Assembly (NCBI GenBank): GCA_038087875.1
Contig: JAXLNO010004468.1
Span: forward strand, 186,001-235,101
Direction: 5' to 3'
DNA length: 49,101 bases
DNA from: Malacoraja senta
Lineage: Eukaryota
The position numbers and the translations under genes were made by a program. This document shows, piece by piece, positions 46,160 to 49,101 of the stretch. The notes beneath the pieces were generated by a model. It was not told where the DNA came from. It was given only the letters and a program-made list of their open reading frames with translations, and did no database searches. How positions within the stretch are numbered: the first letter of the stretch is position 1; each line of letters begins with the position of its first letter.

Positions 46160-48941
46160 ACCCCAGAAAATAAAGTGGAGGACTTACGGGCAAGACTGCT
46201 TTATCAAAGGGAGCTGAGGGAATGCTCTGTGTTCTGTTTCACAGAGACATGGTTCACCCCCAGCTCCCCAGACACAGCGGTCCAGCCTGTAGGGTACTCC
46301 ATCCACCGTATGGACCGTACCCTGGCATCTGGGAAAGGGAGAGGAGGGGGCTTCTGCCTCATGGTCAACTGCGTGGTGCTCAGACGTGGCAGTCCTGTCC
46401 AACTCCTGCTCTCCACACCTCGAACACCTGGCGGTGATGTGCCGTCCCTTCAACATTCCGAGGGAATTCACCTCCATCATACTGACCGCGGTGTAGATCC
46501 CACCCCAGGCATACGTCCGTCTGGCACTGAGGAGCTGCACGCCGTGGTCAACAAACACCAGACGTCTCACCGCGAGGCATTTACCACCATTGCTGGGGAC
46601 TTCAATAAGGCAAACCAAAAGAAACCACTCCCTAACTTTCACCAACATGTCTCCTGCTGCACCAGAGGACCAAACAACCTCGACCACTGCTACACCACCA
46701 TCAAGAATGCCTATCGCTCTATCCCTCGCCCTCACTTCGGTAAATCCGACCATACCGCGATGCTGCTTCTTCCTGCCTACAGGCAGCAATTAAAGAGCGC
46801 ACCCCAGTGGTGAGGACAGTACAGAGCTGGTCGGGGGAGGCAGAGGAACAACTACAGGACTGTTTGGAGTCTGTAGACTGGGCAATGTTCAAGTACTCGG
46901 CAACGGACTTGAACTAATACGCCACAGTCGTTACAGACTTCATTAAGAAGTGTGTGGAGGACTGCATCCCTACAAAAACCTTCCGTGTGTTTCCCAATCA
47001 GAAACCTTGGATGAACTTTGAGACCCGCTCTCTCCTGAAGACCAGACACAGGGCATTCTTGTCTGATGATACAGTGGTCTACAAGAAGTCCAGATACGAC
47101 CTTGGTAAGGCCATCAAAAAGGCCAAAAGGGATTTATGCTCCAAACTGGAGGAAGAGACAGATGTTCGGCGGCTGTGGCAGTGCCTGAATGCAATCACCT
47201 CCTACAAGGCGAAATCAGTATGCAGCTCGAATGTCGGCGAAACATCACTCCCTGATCAGCTCAATGCGTTTTACGCACGCATTGATAGGGAGTACACCGA
47301 TGTGCCTTCCCGAGCCCCCATTCGCTGTGATAGTTATCCAGTCTCAGTCACAGAGGCCGACGTCAGGAAATCCTTCAGAGGGGTGAACCTTCGAAAAGCG
47401 CCTGGCCCTGATGGTATACCAGGTCGTGTTCTAAAAGCCTGTGCGGACCAACTGGCTGGAGTTTTTACGGACATTTTCAACCTCTCACTTCTGAGGTTTG
47501 AGGTTCCCACCTGCTTCAAAATGTCATCAATTATACCAGTTCCCAAGACGAGTAAGGTGACGTGCCTCAATGACTATCGACCTGTGGCACTAACGCCTGT
47601 GGTGATGAAGTGCTTTGAGAGGTTGATCATGGCGCAGATCAACACCTACCTCGACAAAAACCTGGACCCACTGCAGTTCGCTTACCGCCACAACAGATGA
47701 ACGGTGGATGCGATCTCGCTGGACCTCCACTCCGCTCTGGACTACTTCGACAACAAAAACTCATATGTCAGGCTGTTATTCATCGATTACAGCTCGGCAT
47801 TTAATACAATCATCCCCTCCAAGCAGGTTACCAAACTCGCAGAACTGGGTCTCTGCGCATCCCTCTGCAATTGGATCCTCGACTTCCTCACTCTCAGACC
47901 ACAGTCAGTTCGTAATGGTGGAAATGTGTCAGACTCGATAATAATCAGCACGGGAGCACCTCAAGGCTGCGTGCTCAGCCCCCTGCTGTACTCATTCTAT
48001 ACTCATGACTGCGTAGCCGGTCATAGTGCGAACTCCATCAGCTAGTTCGCTGACGACACCACTGATGTGGGACGTATCGTTGATGGGGAAGAGTCAGAGT
48101 ATAAACGAGAGATCGAGCAACTGTCCATATGGAGCCAGCACAATAAATGGCCCTCAACACCAGCAAAACCAAGGAACTGATTGTGGACTTTGGAAGGAGT
48201 AGGATGGGGACCCACAGTCCCGCTTATATCAACGGGTCGATGTTTGAAAGGGTCAAGAGCTTCAAATTCCTGGGCGTGCACATCTCTGAAGACCTTTCCT
48301 AGTCCGAGAATACTGATGCCATTATTAAGGAAGCACATCAGCGATTCTACTTCCTGAGAAGATTACGGAGAGTCGGTTTGTCAAGGAGGACTCTCTCTAA
48401 CTTCTACATGTGCACAGTAGAGAGCATGCTAACCGGTTGCATCGTGGCTTGGTTCTGCAATTTGAGCGCCCTGGAGAGGAAAAGACTACAAAAATTAATA
48501 AACACTGCCCAGTCCATCATCGGCTCTGATCTCCCTTCCATCGAGGGGATCTATCGCAGTCGCTGCCTCAAAAGCCTGGCAGTATCATCAAGGACCCACA
48601 CCATCCTGGCCACACACTCATCTACCTACTACCTTCAGGTAGAAGGTACAGGAGCCTGAAGACTGCAACGACCAGATTCAGGAATAACTACTTCCCCACA
48701 GCCATCAGGCTATTAAACTTGGCTGGGACAAAACTCTGTAATTTAATAGCCCATTAACTGTTATTTGCACTTTATCAGTTTATTTATTCATGTGTGTATA
48801 TATTTATAGAATGGTATATGGACACATTGATCTGTTTTGTAGTCAATGCCTACTATATTCTGTTGTGTTGAAGCAAAGCAATATTTCATTGTCCTTTCAG
48901 GGACACTTGACAATAAACTCACTTGAACTTGAACTTGAACT
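46160..48941 (+). mobile_element. Rex1-type LINE copy 2, 5'-truncated, APE + RT with stops
   Basis: EDLRARLLYQRELRECSVFCFTETW, AGDFN, NLDHCY, SDH, KAPGPDG, DYRPVALT and [13 protein letters not shown], with a (CTTGAA)n tail at ~48922-48941. Confidence 0.92.
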
Positions 48942-49101
48942 TGTGTTTCTAGGCAATCTTAATGCCTAATTAAGTAAAACATTCGGTGGTCAATCTAAAT
49001 GGAAACTGTCCATAATTGGAATTAGATTGGTTAATGGAAAAAGCTCACTCTTACTAAGATTCAGTTTATAACCAGAAAAACTACTGAATTGATTAAGTAG
49101 T

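Overview
Eukaryotic, gapped genomic DNA, most likely from a cartilaginous fish (skate/ray inferred from HE1/V-SINE, CR1, Rex1 and Penelope-type repeats). The only host-gene content I can support is a decaying cluster of T-cell receptor beta V (TRBV30-like) units. One V looks intact (minus strand: leader 3482-3446, V exon 2542-2246, 23-RSS 2245-2207). Three more minus-strand units are broken: a dead leader at 986-1023, a truncated exon at 3636-3856, and a leader at 4490-4526 whose V exon has been removed up to the RSS. A plus-strand pseudo-V has its leader at 10986-11022 and its exon at 25370-25655, separated by a 14.3-kb intron filled with nested transposons (CR1 > DIRS > a second DIRS > L2 tail, plus a Penelope-like element). 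The rest is a 3.4-kb (CCTA)n array, a full-length Tx1-clade LINE inserted in a (GA)n microsatellite, Rex1 copies, L1 fragments, and a Penelope-like element with a minimal hammerhead motif and an 11-bp target-site duplication (TSD). No D, J or C segments are visible. Repeat-family names come from motif recognition, not database searches, and most transposon boundaries are approximate. There are seven N gaps.
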